DNA of 64,000 nt. Origin: Phormidesmis sp. GTDB lineage: Bacteria > Cyanobacteriota > Cyanobacteriia > Leptolyngbyales > Leptolyngbyaceae. The translations under genes were made by a program, and so were the position numbers. The notes beneath the pieces are model-generated. The model had not been told where the DNA came from. It made no database searches and saw only the letters and a program-made list of their open reading frames with translations. The first letter of the stretch is position 1; every line of letters begins with the position of its first letter. The DNA lies in contig CBDFJR010000005.1 in NCBI GenBank assembly GCA_965248535.1, positions 416,001 to 480,000 on the forward strand. Reading direction: 5' to 3'. This document shows positions 49,287 to 61,100 of the stretch, piece by piece.

Positions 49287-50786
49287 ATGACTTCATTAGT
49301 CGTTCCAGAGATGTCTCTCTATGAATTAGCGGCTAACTCTGAGCAAACCCCCTTTGCTCTCCAAGTTAGCCCCGCTACCTTCAAGTCGATGGTGGGCAAC
49401 CTGCTCGATCTATTGATTGAGCAGCAAATTTCTGCTGCCGTTTGGTCAAAGATGCCGCGGGGTGACGTTTGGCAGACTGCCCTCGATCGCTACTGCGGGC
49501 TTGCTGATCTCCCTCAGGCAGTTTATCTATTAAAAAATCAGCGAGAGGAAATCTCGGATGACAATGGTGGTCAGGCAGACGAACAGAGCCATCCTTGTCT
49601 TGCCAATCATCTCTTTTTGACATCTATCTTGCTTGCGCCTGACAGTCAGCTTAGGCGTGAGTATTTTTTGCTAATTTGGTCAGAGCAGTTTTGTTGCCTG
49701 CTGATGGCTCATCGCGCTAGATTTCCTCAAACGCCGATCGAGCCACCCACCCTAGACGGTGGGCAAGAAGAGTCTCCCGACAAGAAACAATCGTTAAGTG
49801 TGCTGTTCTCATTAGATCAAGGAATGATTCAGCAGTTTCTCGGTCAGTTAAACCGAGAGTTGCCGCTGGCAGACGCTTCTAGGTGTGACATGCAGGCTCC
49901 GTGGGCAACGTTGATCGATCACGTTCAGTCCTCACCTTTGGATGCGAGGTTGATTGGGCAGATTTTCACCAAACAAATCCAGCGTCAAGAAGAACTCTGG
50001 CAGCGATCGACTACTTATCGCAAACAGGCAGAGCTTGCATCGCTACTGCAAATTCAAAACGAGGAGCTGTTGACCGCCATTCGGTTAAAAGATGAGTTTC
50101 TCAATAACGTAGGCCAAGAGTTGAGAACGCCGTTGACCAATATGAAGACGGCTATGACCTTGCTCAACTCGCCCAATCTCAAGGCCCCGCAGAAGCAGCG
50201 ATATATGGATCTGCTGGTGAAAGAGTGCGATCGCCAAAGCTCTCTGATCACAAGTCTGTTAAATCTGGTGAGCCTCGACCAATTAGCCGACCAAACCACG
50301 ATTCAGTCACTGCGGTTGAGCGATGTTGTGCCTGGCGTTGTCAGCACCTATCAGCCTCTAGCCGAAGAAAAAGGTGTCAGACTGGCTTACACGGTGCCAG
50401 AAGGCTTGCCGCCCGTTGCCTGTCTTAATATGTGGCTCAAACAGATTGTGATTAATCTGCTGCACAACGGGGTCAAGTTTACGCCTAGGGGTGGGCAAGT
50501 CTGGGTGCGGGCAAAACAGCAGGGCGACTATGTGCAGCTTGAGTTTCGCGATACGGGGATTGGCATTGCGCCGAGTGAAATTCCTAAAATCTTCGATCGC
50601 TTCTACCGGGTGCGTCAAGCGATCGACCAAGATACGGGGGGATCGGGGTTGGGGTTGACGATCGTGCAGCAACTCCTACTGCACTGTGGCGGCTCAATCT
50701 CGGTAAAAAGTCGCCTCGGTGAAGGATCTACTTTTACTGTTTTGCTGCCGATCTATCAGACAGAGGTAGAGAAAGAAGAAATCTAA
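49287..50786 (+). CDS. DICT-like sensor / histidine-kinase-fold protein with Gln in place of the H-box His
   Basis: LRREYFLLI sensor motif; FLNNVGQELRTPL; NLLHNGVKF, DTGIGI, FYR, GSGLGL intact. Confidence 0.85.
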   Translation: MTSLVVPEMSLYELAANSEQTPFALQVSPATFKSMVGNLLDLLIEQQISAAVWSKMPRGDVWQTALDRYCGLADLPQAVYLLKNQREEISDDNGGQADEQSHPCLANHLFLTSILLAPDSQLRREYFLLIWSEQFCCLLMAHRARFPQTPIEPPTLDGGQEESPDKKQSLSVLFSLDQGMIQQFLGQLNRELPLADASRCDMQAPWATLIDHVQSSPLDARLIGQIFTKQIQRQEELWQRSTTYRKQAELASLLQIQNEELLTAIRLKDEFLNNVGQELRTPLTNMKTAMTLLNSPNLKAPQKQRYMDLLVKECDRQSSLITSLLNLVSLDQLADQTTIQSLRLSDVVPGVVSTYQPLAEEKGVRLAYTVPEGLPPVACLNMWLKQIVINLLHNGVKFTPRGGQVWVRAKQQGDYVQLEFRDTGIGIAPSEIPKIFDRFYRVRQAIDQDTGGSGLGLTIVQQLLLHCGGSISVKSRLGEGSTFTVLLPIYQTEVEKEEI

Positions 50787-50874
50787 AGGGGTTTGAGGTT
50801 TGAATTGAGTCCGGTGGTTGAGAAGAGTGAGACTATTGAAAGGTGGACTCCGTGACTCAACCCTGATTATTTCT

Positions 50875-51351
50875 ATGGCGATCTCGATCACTCTTCGTGC
50901 CGACCAAATTAATGGATTAGACCTTGCTCCAGCGATCGGGGTGATCAATCCCCTGCTGTTAGAGATTTTGTCCTATGAGCAGCAGCTTCAATTTACGATC
51001 GACTACCCGATCGATCCCAATGACCCCAGAGAGTTGTCAGAGATTCCAGAAGTGCGGTTGTGGTTTATTCGCTGTGATGCGCTCTATCCTTGGTTGCCTT
51101 TCTTGATCGATTGGAAGGCTGGAGAGTTGGGTCGCTATACGGCGATGCTCGTGCCCCATCAGTTTCACCCCAAAGAGGGCATTCAATACAATCCAGAAGC
51201 GCTAGAGATTTTTGTGATGAGCAAGACGTTTGTGCTGATGAATTGGCTCAAACAACAGGGCATTGAGAGCCGATCGCGCCTCAAGTCTATGACCCAGATG
51301 TTGGGCTATGAGCTAGATGACGCATTTTTTGACCTGCTAATCGAGACTTAA
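50875..51351 (+). CDS. crr6: CRR6-family NDH-1 (NdhI) maturation factor
   Basis: DPRELSEIPEVRLWF, YPWLP, RYTAMLVPHQF, NPEALEIF. Confidence 0.88.
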   Translation: MAISITLRADQINGLDLAPAIGVINPLLLEILSYEQQLQFTIDYPIDPNDPRELSEIPEVRLWFIRCDALYPWLPFLIDWKAGELGRYTAMLVPHQFHPKEGIQYNPEALEIFVMSKTFVLMNWLKQQGIESRSRLKSMTQMLGYELDDAFFDLLIET

Positions 51352-51619
51352 TATTGGCGTGGGGAGTTTTAGAAGGCCTTCTCTAGGCTGAGTTTTAACG
51401 ACTCTGGCGACGTGAAGCTGAGGATTAGGCAGTGCTGGCAGGTTTCCTCATCATCGACCAATCAACTCCGAGCTTTTTCACCGAGTTGCTTGCATCAGAT
51501 TGAACCAGATTTGCAAGCTCACAACAACACGTCTAGAACATTACCCTTACATAGTCGTGCGACTCCCCGATCGCTAATGGTAAAGTCACTATCGGAGAGT
51601 TATTTAAGGATTTTGACTG

Positions 51620-52666
51620 ATGAAAGCACAGGTGTTTAGGGGTGTTGACCACCTAAGTTATGAAGAGGTGCCGCTGCCAGAGATCGGGGCGGATGAGGTC
51701 TTGGTGCAGGTGCAGGTTGTGGGCTTGTGTCAGTCGGATATTAAAAAAATTAAATATCCCCTCTATGAGCCACCGCGCATTTTTGGACACGAGACAGCGG
51801 GCACGATCGCCGCCATCGGGTCTGATGTGCAAAACTGGCAAACGGGCGATCGGGTCGTCGTGCTGCATCACATTCCCTGTATGCACTGCGCCTACTGCCT
51901 CAACGAAAATTTCTCAATGTGCGAAGTCTATAAAACCATCACCACCACTGCCGGGTTTGCGCCCAGTGGCGGCGGCTTTGCTGAGTTTGTCAAAGTTCCG
52001 GGTCACATCGTTCGCAATGGCGGATTGATGATCATTCCCGATGAAGTGACCTTTGAGCAAGCCAGCTTTGTTGAGCCGACCAACTGTTGTCTAAAGGCCG
52101 TCAAAAAAGCGCAAATCGCTCCGGGGCAGACCGTTTTGGTGACGGGGGCAGGCCCGATCGGGCTGATGTTTATCATGCTGGTCAAATATTTTGGAGCGCG
52201 GGCTATCTCTACCGATCTGATGCCCTCTCGGATGGAAAAAGCCCTCAGCGTCGGAGCCGATGCCGCCTTTGACGCTCGTGACCCCGATCTGATTAACAAA
52301 ATTCAGGCGCTCACCCAGGGCATGGGCGTAGATGTGAGTTTGCTGGCGGTTCCCAGTGACAAAGCTTTTTTTCAAGCGTTGGACTGCACCCGCAAAGGCG
52401 GCAAGATTCTCTTTTTTGCTGAGTTTCCCGATGAGTTAGAAATTCCGATCAATCCCAATATTTTATATCGACGAGAAATTGATTTGATGGGCAGCTATAG
52501 CTCGTCTTATCGAGTCCAGTCCCTCGCCGCAGACATCGTGTTTAATCGGCGGATTGATGTGGATGCGTTGATCAGCGATCGCTACCCGCTTAAAGATTTG
52601 GCGATGGCGGTCGATCGCGCTACTACCCCAACCGCAGACACCTACAAAATTCTGATTTTCCCCTAA
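51620..52666 (+). CDS. Zinc-dependent MDR dehydrogenase (polyol/sugar-type)
   Basis: GLCQSD, GHE, CMHCAYC...C structural Zn, GAGPIG. Confidence 0.92.
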   Translation: MKAQVFRGVDHLSYEEVPLPEIGADEVLVQVQVVGLCQSDIKKIKYPLYEPPRIFGHETAGTIAAIGSDVQNWQTGDRVVVLHHIPCMHCAYCLNENFSMCEVYKTITTTAGFAPSGGGFAEFVKVPGHIVRNGGLMIIPDEVTFEQASFVEPTNCCLKAVKKAQIAPGQTVLVTGAGPIGLMFIMLVKYFGARAISTDLMPSRMEKALSVGADAAFDARDPDLINKIQALTQGMGVDVSLLAVPSDKAFFQALDCTRKGGKILFFAEFPDELEIPINPNILYRREIDLMGSYSSSYRVQSLAADIVFNRRIDVDALISDRYPLKDLAMAVDRATTPTADTYKILIFP

Positions 52667-52768
52667 CGGTGCCCTAGTTAGGTCACTGCTGTAAACTGTT
52701 TGGGTCAGGCTCCCGATTCAGGACTGCCGACTCAAGCCTTTTTATAAAGTCTCACCGAAGGATTTTTT

Positions 52769-53137
52769 GTGACCTTTCAAGAGTTTGCTTTCTTTTTGAT
52801 GTCGATCGCCGCAGGCACAGGCGGCCAGTTTTTCTTAAAGTTAGGAGCGCAAAAGCTAGGGCGGGTCAGTTCAGGAAACTTTCTGAGCCATGTCCTTAGC
52901 ATTGCCACAACGCCTGAACTTTTGATCGGGCTGGTTTTTTATGCGATGGGCGCAGTTCTCTATATCTTGCTGCTGACTCGCGTAAAACTGAGCGTTTTGG
53001 GCCCGGCGGTGGCATTACAGTACATCTTCGCCGTTTTGATGGGCAAATTTATTTTTGGCGAATCCGTTCCGCTGACTCGTATTGCAGGAATGGGGCTGAT
53101 TATTTGTGGAGTAGTGCTCTTGATCTCGCGAGATTAA
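52769..53137 (+). CDS. Small 4-TM DMT/EamA (ArnE/F-like) membrane protein
   Basis: GQFFLKLG, LSVLGP, FGESVPLTRIAGMGLIICGV. Confidence 0.85.
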   Translation: MTFQEFAFFLMSIAAGTGGQFFLKLGAQKLGRVSSGNFLSHVLSIATTPELLIGLVFYAMGAVLYILLLTRVKLSVLGPAVALQYIFAVLMGKFIFGESVPLTRIAGMGLIICGVVLLISRD

Positions 53138-53164
53138 GGCAGGGGTTGGCTTTCTCACCCTCGT

Positions 53165-54238
53165 TCACAGATATTGGTTGAGAATTGCAGCCGTTGCGTC
53201 TGCGGTTTTTGCCCAACTAAACAGACGCGATCGCTCAAGACCGAGTTGACACAGGTGATTTCTCAAGGTTGAGTCGCTGCTGATTTGGCCCATGGCATCG
53301 GCGATCGCGCCCACATTATAGGGATCGACCAACAGCGCTGCTTGCCCCGCCACCTCTGGCATCGACGACAAATTAGAGGTGATCACCGGAGTTCCGCAGG
53401 CCATCGCTTCTAAAACAGGCAACCCAAACCCTTCCCACAGACTCGGAAATACGAGGGCGATCGCCTGATTTAACAAAACGGGCAACTCCTCATAAGCAAC
53501 GTAGCTCAAAAACTTGACCTGCTGACTCAAACCCAACTCTGCAACCTGATTAATCAAGATCGGCGTATAGCGGCGATCGGCTGATCCTGCAATCCAAAGC
53601 TCATAGTTAGCGCGATCGGGCAATTTTGCAAAAGCTGCGATCACTCGCTGCAAGTTTTTATAAGGATCATGGCGACCGACATATAAAAAATAATTGCGAG
53701 TTGGCAAATTCAAACAGCGAAAATTATCTGCATCATAAGCCAAAGGAACAACGGTCATTTTCTTAACAGGAATTCCAAAGAAACGTGTGGCATCTTTTGC
53801 CGTCGCTTCAGAATCACAAATAATCTGTTCGGCTTGCGATAAAACTTGAGGAACGTAATAGTTGAAATAGGGGGTGAGCGGCGAAAAAATTCTTGAAAAC
53901 CGCAGCGGAATTAGATCATGTAATGTGACGATATGGCGAAGTTTAGTAAACAAAGGCGCTTCAGGAATCGGAGAAAACAACAGACTCCCCTTAAGCTTTT
54001 TAGACAGGTTTGGTAGCTTAAACTGAGTCCACAAAAGACGTGAAAGATGACCTCGGCTGCCCCGATCGGGGGTCAAATTATCAGGAATCAAGCAACAGCG
54101 TTGATCAGAAAAATCTCGCGGAGTTAGCAATATCGGGTCGAGACTTCTCAAGCCAGACAGCAAATTGTTGGCATAGACCGTGTGACCTGTGGGTTTATCG
54201 GCTAAAAAAGACAGGTTGATAAGTAGCTGATCAAACAC
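53165..54238 (-). CDS. GT4 glycosyltransferase
   Basis: [32 protein letters not shown]. Confidence 0.93.
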   Translation of the reverse strand: MFDQLLINLSFLADKPTGHTVYANNLLSGLRSLDPILLTPRDFSDQRCCLIPDNLTPDRGSRGHLSRLLWTQFKLPNLSKKLKGSLLFSPIPEAPLFTKLRHIVTLHDLIPLRFSRIFSPLTPYFNYYVPQVLSQAEQIICDSEATAKDATRFFGIPVKKMTVVPLAYDADNFRCLNLPTRNYFLYVGRHDPYKNLQRVIAAFAKLPDRANYELWIAGSADRRYTPILINQVAELGLSQQVKFLSYVAYEELPVLLNQAIALVFPSLWEGFGLPVLEAMACGTPVITSNLSSMPEVAGQAALLVDPYNVGAIADAMGQISSDSTLRNHLCQLGLERSRLFSWAKTADATAAILNQYL

Positions 54239-54250
54239 GGCCTGAGCAAT

Positions 54251-55402
54251 TTACGACATTAGCAGTTTATAAGCTTTTAGGGTTTCTCTCGCAGTTTTCT
54301 CCCAAGAATAATGGGTTGCCCGCGCTCGTCCTTTTTGAATTAACTCCTGTCGCAGGTGAGCATCGCTGACCACTCGTAAAATCGTTTCTGCCAAATCAAT
54401 CACATCATTTGGGTCAAAAAACAGTGCAGCATCGCCCGCCACTTCGGGGAGTGAAGAGGCGTTTGCGGCAACTACAGGTGCGCCTAGAGTCATGGCTTCC
54501 AAGACGGGCAACCCAAACCCTTCATAGTGAGAGGGATAAACAAAAACATCGGCTTTAGAATAGAACAAAGCCACTAGCTGATCAGAGAGATAGCTGAGAT
54601 GATGAATTGATTTTTGGTAGGGCGATCGGGCAATTCGCTCAAAGATTGGTTCATAGAGCCATCCTTTTTGGCCGATTAAGATCAAGTCATGATCAAGGCG
54701 ATATTTTTGCTTTAAATAATCAAACGCTTCTATGAGATTAATAATATTTTTGCGTGGCTCGATCGTGCTCACAAATAAAATGTAAGGCTTTGAAAAATCG
54801 TAATGGATAGATGCTTCTCTAGCGCAATCAAAACTAAGCGCATTAGCATGATATCGACTAGCCAAAGGAGTCACCCAAACCCGATCGGGCTGCACGCCTA
54901 AATAATGAACAATATCGTTCTTAGAACTCTGCGAAATCGTCAAGATTAAATCTGTCCACTGAAGACATTTTTTAACGCGATCCGCATAGGCGCTAACCGT
55001 CGAATTAGTGTATTGAGGATAGCGAATAAACGTCAAATCGTAGAGGGTCATCACCCGACGACTGTGCCGAAACGGAAAAACCGTGTAATTGGTTCCATGC
55101 ACAATATCGGGAGCGCCAAAACAGCCTTCTAAACCAGGCGTAAACAAGCCAGGAAACCGCACTAAAAAATTGGTCAACCTGACCGGAAGCGGAAATAACC
55201 GTAGGTTTGAGTAGCCTCTCAGATGGTTTGGAACCGCCCGATCGCCCTTTAACCAGTTTTTTAACCCCGGTTGATAAACCACCTCTAACTCAAAGGCTTC
55301 TTGAGACTTGAGGCCCTCTAACGCCTGAATTAAACTTGCCACATACCAGCCAATGCCGCTGGGTTTGGGCAGCAAAGGCGTTGCATCGATCGCAATCTTC
55401 AT
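54251..55402 (-). CDS. GT4 glycosyltransferase
   Basis: [29 protein letters not shown]. Confidence 0.93.
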   Translation of the reverse strand: MKIAIDATPLLPKPSGIGWYVASLIQALEGLKSQEAFELEVVYQPGLKNWLKGDRAVPNHLRGYSNLRLFPLPVRLTNFLVRFPGLFTPGLEGCFGAPDIVHGTNYTVFPFRHSRRVMTLYDLTFIRYPQYTNSTVSAYADRVKKCLQWTDLILTISQSSKNDIVHYLGVQPDRVWVTPLASRYHANALSFDCAREASIHYDFSKPYILFVSTIEPRKNIINLIEAFDYLKQKYRLDHDLILIGQKGWLYEPIFERIARSPYQKSIHHLSYLSDQLVALFYSKADVFVYPSHYEGFGLPVLEAMTLGAPVVAANASSLPEVAGDAALFFDPNDVIDLAETILRVVSDAHLRQELIQKGRARATHYSWEKTARETLKAYKLLMS

Positions 55403-55434
55403 CACTCAAAAAACGTTGTGCTCAAGTCACCAGT

Positions 55435-56403
55435 TTAGGCTTTGCGGTCTGTCAAGTCTTTTAAATCGTGATCAACCATTAATTCCACCAACTGCTCAAA
55501 GGGATATTGTGGCTGCCAGCTTAACTGCTGCCGAATTTTAGCGATCGAGCCGACCAGTTGCACGGCTTCGTCGGGTCTATAAAAAGATGGGTCAACCGAA
55601 ACATAGTCTTGCCAGCGCAGCCCAACACACCTAAACGCACACTCTACAAGCTCCTTAACCGAGTGCGTTTCACCACTGGCAATGATGTAATCGTCAGGCT
55701 GATCTTGTTGCAGCATCAGCCACATGGCGTTGACCGCATCTTTGGCATAGCACCAATCTCGCCGCGCCTCTAAATTGCCCAGCTTTAGCTCACTCGCCAG
55801 CCCTAGCTTAATGCGGGCGGCTCCCTGGGTGATCTTGCGAAACACAAACTCTGTGCCGCGGCGAGGCGACTCGTGGGTGTAGGTCACCCCACAGCACGTA
55901 TACAATCCGTATTGCTGGCGGTAGTTGATGGTCATCCAGTGAGCATAGGCTTTAGCAACTCCGTAGGGGTTGCGCGGCCGAAATGCCGTGCGCTCGGTTT
56001 GGGGAGACTCATCCGGCTGACCAAACACCTCACTGCTCGAAGCCTGATAAAACCGTGAGCTAGGGTGACAGCGCCGAATCGACTCTAACAGTCGAGAAAC
56101 CCCTAAGGCGGTATATTCTGCCGTCAGCGCGGGCTGAGTCCACGAGATGGGCACATAGCTTTGAGAAGCCAGATTGTAAATTTCGTCTGGCTGAGACTGC
56201 TCGATCGCATCCATCAGCGAACATTGATCAAGCAGATCCCCAGAGAGAATGGTGACTTCGCCGGAGAGGTGACGAATGCGATCGACCTTCCCAGAGCTAG
56301 AGCGACGCACTAGACCAAAAACCTGATAGTCTTTGCTCAAGAGCAGTTCAGCAAGATAGGAACCGTCTTGTCCGGTGAGTCCTGTGATAAGAGCTTTTTT
56401 CAT
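55435..56403 (-). CDS. gmd: GDP-mannose 4,6-dehydratase
   Basis: ITGLTGQDGSYLAE, YQASSSE, PYGVAK, HESPRRG, LGNL. Confidence 0.93.
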   Translation of the reverse strand: MKKALITGLTGQDGSYLAELLLSKDYQVFGLVRRSSSGKVDRIRHLSGEVTILSGDLLDQCSLMDAIEQSQPDEIYNLASQSYVPISWTQPALTAEYTALGVSRLLESIRRCHPSSRFYQASSSEVFGQPDESPQTERTAFRPRNPYGVAKAYAHWMTINYRQQYGLYTCCGVTYTHESPRRGTEFVFRKITQGAARIKLGLASELKLGNLEARRDWCYAKDAVNAMWLMLQQDQPDDYIIASGETHSVKELVECAFRCVGLRWQDYVSVDPSFYRPDEAVQLVGSIAKIRQQLSWQPQYPFEQLVELMVDHDLKDLTDRKA

Positions 56404-56449
56404 GGGTATCGGTGAGCCTTAAGTTGACTTCTTTCAGGTTGCCAGGTTC

Positions 56450-58129
56450 TTAACTTCTTTGGTTCCCTAAAACAGATTTCAGGCTTGCGGAACTGGTTTC
56501 AGCAAAGTTTTTAGCATTTCGACCTAGGGCCGCCAAAATCGACGGCTCGTTGCTGAGATATTGAAGACAGACCTCGGCTTCTACTTCGTCCGCATAAAAT
56601 AACCCGCACTGCCCCTCTCGACATAGGGCAACTAACGCCGTGTTGCGTTCGGGAACGAGAAGCGGCACCCCACGCTTAAGCGCTTCTTGCACATCTTGCT
56701 CATAGCCATCATCGTCTACAATCCATAAAATCTTTGCCGAGTGCCAGTCTTGGGGGCTAACCCAATCACTCATCACAAATCGATAGGGGCTAACAGACTC
56801 GTGACGGTTGAGGTGAGAGATGGCTCGAACACACGTCAGCGAGAGACAAACTCCACTGCAAAGGACAATCTGTGGCGAGGTCTGAGGAGTCATCGCTTGG
56901 TCGTAAACGGCACCGACACGATCGACATAACCATAGAGCGTATCATGCTCAATTTGTTGATAGGCTGCCTGCCCCATGATCGCCAAGCGATCGCGCTTGA
57001 GAGCCATTTCCACCATCTTGTCAGCCAGCATCTGAGCATTGCCAGATTCAAATAGGTGTCCTGTGATTCCTTCGACCACAAGGTTCAAGTTTCCTCCGAT
57101 CGCCGAAGCCAAAATGGGAATCCGGGCGGCCATCGCTTCCAAGATGGTCACGGGTTCATTTTCTGGCCAGATAGACGGGTTGATCAAGACATCTGTTGCC
57201 TGATAGACCGTTTCAATGCGATCGTGATCAACTCTTCCCCAGAGTTTCACAGCAGACGCAACCTGATTTTCTTCAACAAACGCTGTCAAGGCATCGGCCA
57301 GACTGCCGATGCCTACAATATTAACGGTGCAGAGTTTTCCCAAATAATCTTGCTCTAAAAGCCGTTTCATCGCTTCAAGCAGAACGTAGACCCCTTTATG
57401 AGAACCTAGGTGCCCAATGAACGTGAACCGAACAGGGCCCGCAGGCTGCTTTTGTTGGATCTTAGAAAATCGCTCAACGTCTACCCCATAGGAAATGACG
57501 CTGATTTTTTCTGAAGGAATGCCAGCCTTGATGTAGGCAGAGGCTAAATACAAACTGGGCGAGATGAATTGGTCGATTTTACTGAGTTGAAGAGCAATGT
57601 AGTCTTTGCGTAAGCGGATATGAATTCTGCGGCTGTGACTGCCCATCAATTCTGGTAGACATTCGTCGCACTTTGAGAAGTCTGCACAGATTTGATCAGG
57701 TGTCTTGAGTAGCGTGTTTCTAAAGCAAAACCCCCAGTGATCGTGCAGCGTCAAGACAGTTTTAATGCCCCGATCGTGCGATCGGGCAATCATTCCCAAC
57801 GACAGCCCGGTGATGTTGTGAAAGTGAACTACATCGGGCTGCACTTTTTCGAGCACCGTGTCAAACAGGTGATCAACGGCAGGGTTGTGAAAGTTTTGAC
57901 CTGTCTGATAGTCTTCTGCATATAAACTGACTCGAAAAACATCTAGCCCTTCATAGACTTCTTGCCTCAGCGAATAGCGAGGCTGCATCTCATCGTGCTT
58001 GCCACAAAAGACCGTGACTTTATAGCCTGCTCTCTTAAGGTGACACGCTTGCTCGTGAGCAATGATCTCAGCCCCGCCCACAAAGAAAGGGGGATAGAAG
58101 TTACTGCCAATTAATATTTTTTTTACCAT
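56450..58129 (-). CDS. GT4 glycosyltransferase with C-terminal extra domain
   Basis: GGAE, TLHDHWGFC, HKGV, PSIWPENEPVTILEA. Confidence 0.9.
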   Translation of the reverse strand: MVKKILIGSNFYPPFFVGGAEIIAHEQACHLKRAGYKVTVFCGKHDEMQPRYSLRQEVYEGLDVFRVSLYAEDYQTGQNFHNPAVDHLFDTVLEKVQPDVVHFHNITGLSLGMIARSHDRGIKTVLTLHDHWGFCFRNTLLKTPDQICADFSKCDECLPELMGSHSRRIHIRLRKDYIALQLSKIDQFISPSLYLASAYIKAGIPSEKISVISYGVDVERFSKIQQKQPAGPVRFTFIGHLGSHKGVYVLLEAMKRLLEQDYLGKLCTVNIVGIGSLADALTAFVEENQVASAVKLWGRVDHDRIETVYQATDVLINPSIWPENEPVTILEAMAARIPILASAIGGNLNLVVEGITGHLFESGNAQMLADKMVEMALKRDRLAIMGQAAYQQIEHDTLYGYVDRVGAVYDQAMTPQTSPQIVLCSGVCLSLTCVRAISHLNRHESVSPYRFVMSDWVSPQDWHSAKILWIVDDDGYEQDVQEALKRGVPLLVPERNTALVALCREGQCGLFYADEVEAEVCLQYLSNEPSILAALGRNAKNFAETSSASLKSVLGNQRS

Positions 58130-58152
58130 AGAGACTCAGAGGGTCACCAAGA

Positions 58153-61100
58153 TTATTGGCGTGAATGGAGCGCTAGCTCATAGAGGCTAGTGGCTGATGC
58201 ACTGATGATAAGGTCTCCTTGGCGGGGCGTGGGAGACAAAAGTGCTAGGGCTAGCCCTCCCCACATTTCGCCGCCGAAGGGATTATCGCTCTCGACGATT
58301 CGCCCCGGCACAAAATCGACATCTAGCCAGGTGACATAGGGCGACGATCGCCAATTTGCAGTCATGATTCCCTGTCTACACCCAGGGTTAAAAGAGTCGT
58401 GCATGACCACAAGCATGGGTTTCTTAGGTCTATAGGTAAGAATGATCTCGATATCTCGCCGCACCCCTTCAGCAGAGTGATCGCCATCAATTAGAACAAA
58501 ATCGATCGGGATGTGTTCTTCTTCAAGGGCTGTAAAGAGCAATGGCAGCAAAATCGAGGATTGACCCGTCAGATAGCTGACGTTTTTCATTCCTGGAAGC
58601 CGTGACGGAACCTCTGGGTCGATGTCGATCGAGAAAACCATCTCTGAATATTGGTCAAGGAGCGACAAACTGCCCCCATAATAAGTCCCAATTTCAATAC
58701 AGCATTTGGGTTGGTGCCGAGCCAAAAGACCCGTTAGCGCAATCCGCTCTGAATCGTGCATCTGCCAACGCTCAAGCAGGCAGTTTGGATAGAGCAAATC
58801 TTCCCATCGGCTTGAATCAAGCTGCAAGCTAGAAACCATGTTCGACCTCCCTGAATCAATGTCTAAACCAAGAATAGCTGACACTTCTTGAGCGTAATCA
58901 TCCCAATTCTTTAGCTGACGATTGCTGGCCGCTTCAGAGAGTTGAGTCAGCAGGCTGGGATCAGCAGAAAGCGTGTTGATAGCGTCAGCGATCGCCGCCG
59001 CATCGGTCATATCGACGACCCAGCAGCCACCTTCTGCGGCTAGCTCTGCCATCACTCCCTCACGATGACAAAGACAGACCCGCCCGTGCCAAACGCTCTC
59101 TAGAATGGGCATCCCAAAGCCTTCGATCAGAGAACTGTAGATAGTGAACGTCGATTGTTCATAAAGCTGGTGCAGCTTGGCATCATCGACAACCCCTAAC
59201 CACTCAATTCGAGAATCTTTGGCTGAGGCAGTCTTAACCGCTTCATAGATCTCTGGTGCGCCTTCATAGCGATTGCCCACCAAGGTTAAACGCCAATCTA
59301 AGTGGGGATATCGCTGCGCTAATAGCTCAAAAGACTTTAGCAGAGTGATGTGATTTTTGCGTGGCTCAAGGGTTGAGACACAGAGGATTTTGATGAGGTT
59401 TGAGCGGCGATCGGGCGTTTCAACAGTGCGCGAATTCTGGCTAAATTCGCCCGGCAGCAGCACACTCACAACGTTGCCGTGGTTAACTTTATTTTGGGCC
59501 CAATAATTGAGCAGACAAGTCGCTGAATATTCAGAAATCGCAATGCTCTGATCAACGCCAGACAGCATTTGCAAGTAGTTCACAAACAACGAACTCACGC
59601 TATTGCTGCACAACTCTGGATGCAAAACTGGAATCAAATCGTAGAAGATCGCAGAGGTTTTCCAGCCCTGCTGTTTCCCATAAGCAAAGGCTTTTTCGAC
59701 TCGCGGATCGATCACAGTCTCAGCCAACAAGAACCGCGTTTGACGGGGATCATAGTCGCTTTTGAGCGTCAAAAACTCATCGAGAGAAATCTGCCCATAT
59801 CGTTCGAGAATGGTCAGGGCATAAGACGGCAGGTGAGGGCCATTAAACTGTCCTAACTGTTGATAGCCCGCTTCAGAAGGCAAGACATAACGCTCTGTTG
59901 CAAAGTCCCAAACGACAAAAACTGGGTCAAACCTAGTCTGAAGGGCGCGACAGAGTTGTCGAGTCACGCGGATCACTCCAGAATTTGCAGCGTCGCGGCA
60001 GCTATTGGTGACATCAATGAGCAGCAGCCGCACATCGTTTGTCGAAGAAGAAAGACGGTGATTAGTTTGCACAGCAGTCGAGAGAGTCTGGCAATAGCGA
60101 TCGACCACAGCTTGCCAGCGAAACTGCGATCGAAACCGATCGTAATGTTCGGCACTTTGGGCAGAGTCGGGGATGCGATCGCTCAGGATAAAACTGACTT
60201 TTTCTGCCATATCGGCGGCATCAGCGCAGAGAAACCAGGGATGCACAACGACTTCGGGGTGAGCCGCCAAATCAAAAGCTAGGGCAGGTTTTTGTAACCA
60301 CTGCATCTCAGCCAGAGGGAGATTAAACCCTTCCCAAAGCGATACAGAAACCCCCAACTTTACCTGTTGCATCACGGTTTGTAGTTCAGCGTCATCTGGA
60401 AACCCGATCGCTCTAAGATGGCCGCGCAAATCACGGGGAATCTGGAGGTCAGAGGGTTCGGCCAGCACTAATAAAACGATCTGAGGATGCTGCGGCATCA
60501 GACGGCGCACCAGGTCAAAGCAAGCCTCAGAGTTTTTATAACAGCCTGCCTCCCAGCGTCCCAGGTTCAAAATGCAGACCCGCCCGGTGGATTGCAGGCG
60601 TTCAACGATCTCAAGGCTGCTGCCTGAAGACTTCTTTTGTTGCAGAAGAGGCTGCTTCCACAGCGGCATCTCTAAGTGATCAGCCCCTAACAAAATAGAC
60701 TGAACTCCGGTATCTGAGCCACGATCGGGAATGCTTTGAGTCTTGGCAATAAACTCGCTGATGGGCAAAATTCCGGTTGCTTTGCTGAGATAAGTGCGAC
60801 GGAGCTTCCTGAGTTTTTCTTGAATCGATCGCCCGTGACCTGAAAAGCCATCTAAGGGCACTGCACCTGCATCAACAAACAGCACAGTCTGACAGACCCG
60901 CGAGAAAAATTCGAGCGATTGAAAAAAGGGCCAACCGCCCGTGATCACAACGTCGGGCTGATCGGTAGGCGAAAATAGGCTGCTCCAGTGCGCTTCTAGC
61001 CACTCGGCTGTGAACTCGTCAGAGTTAGCGTAGTCATCTGGAGCCGGAGGAACTTGAATCAATTTTTGGGTAAAAGGTCGAACGATCGCTTCATCACAGC

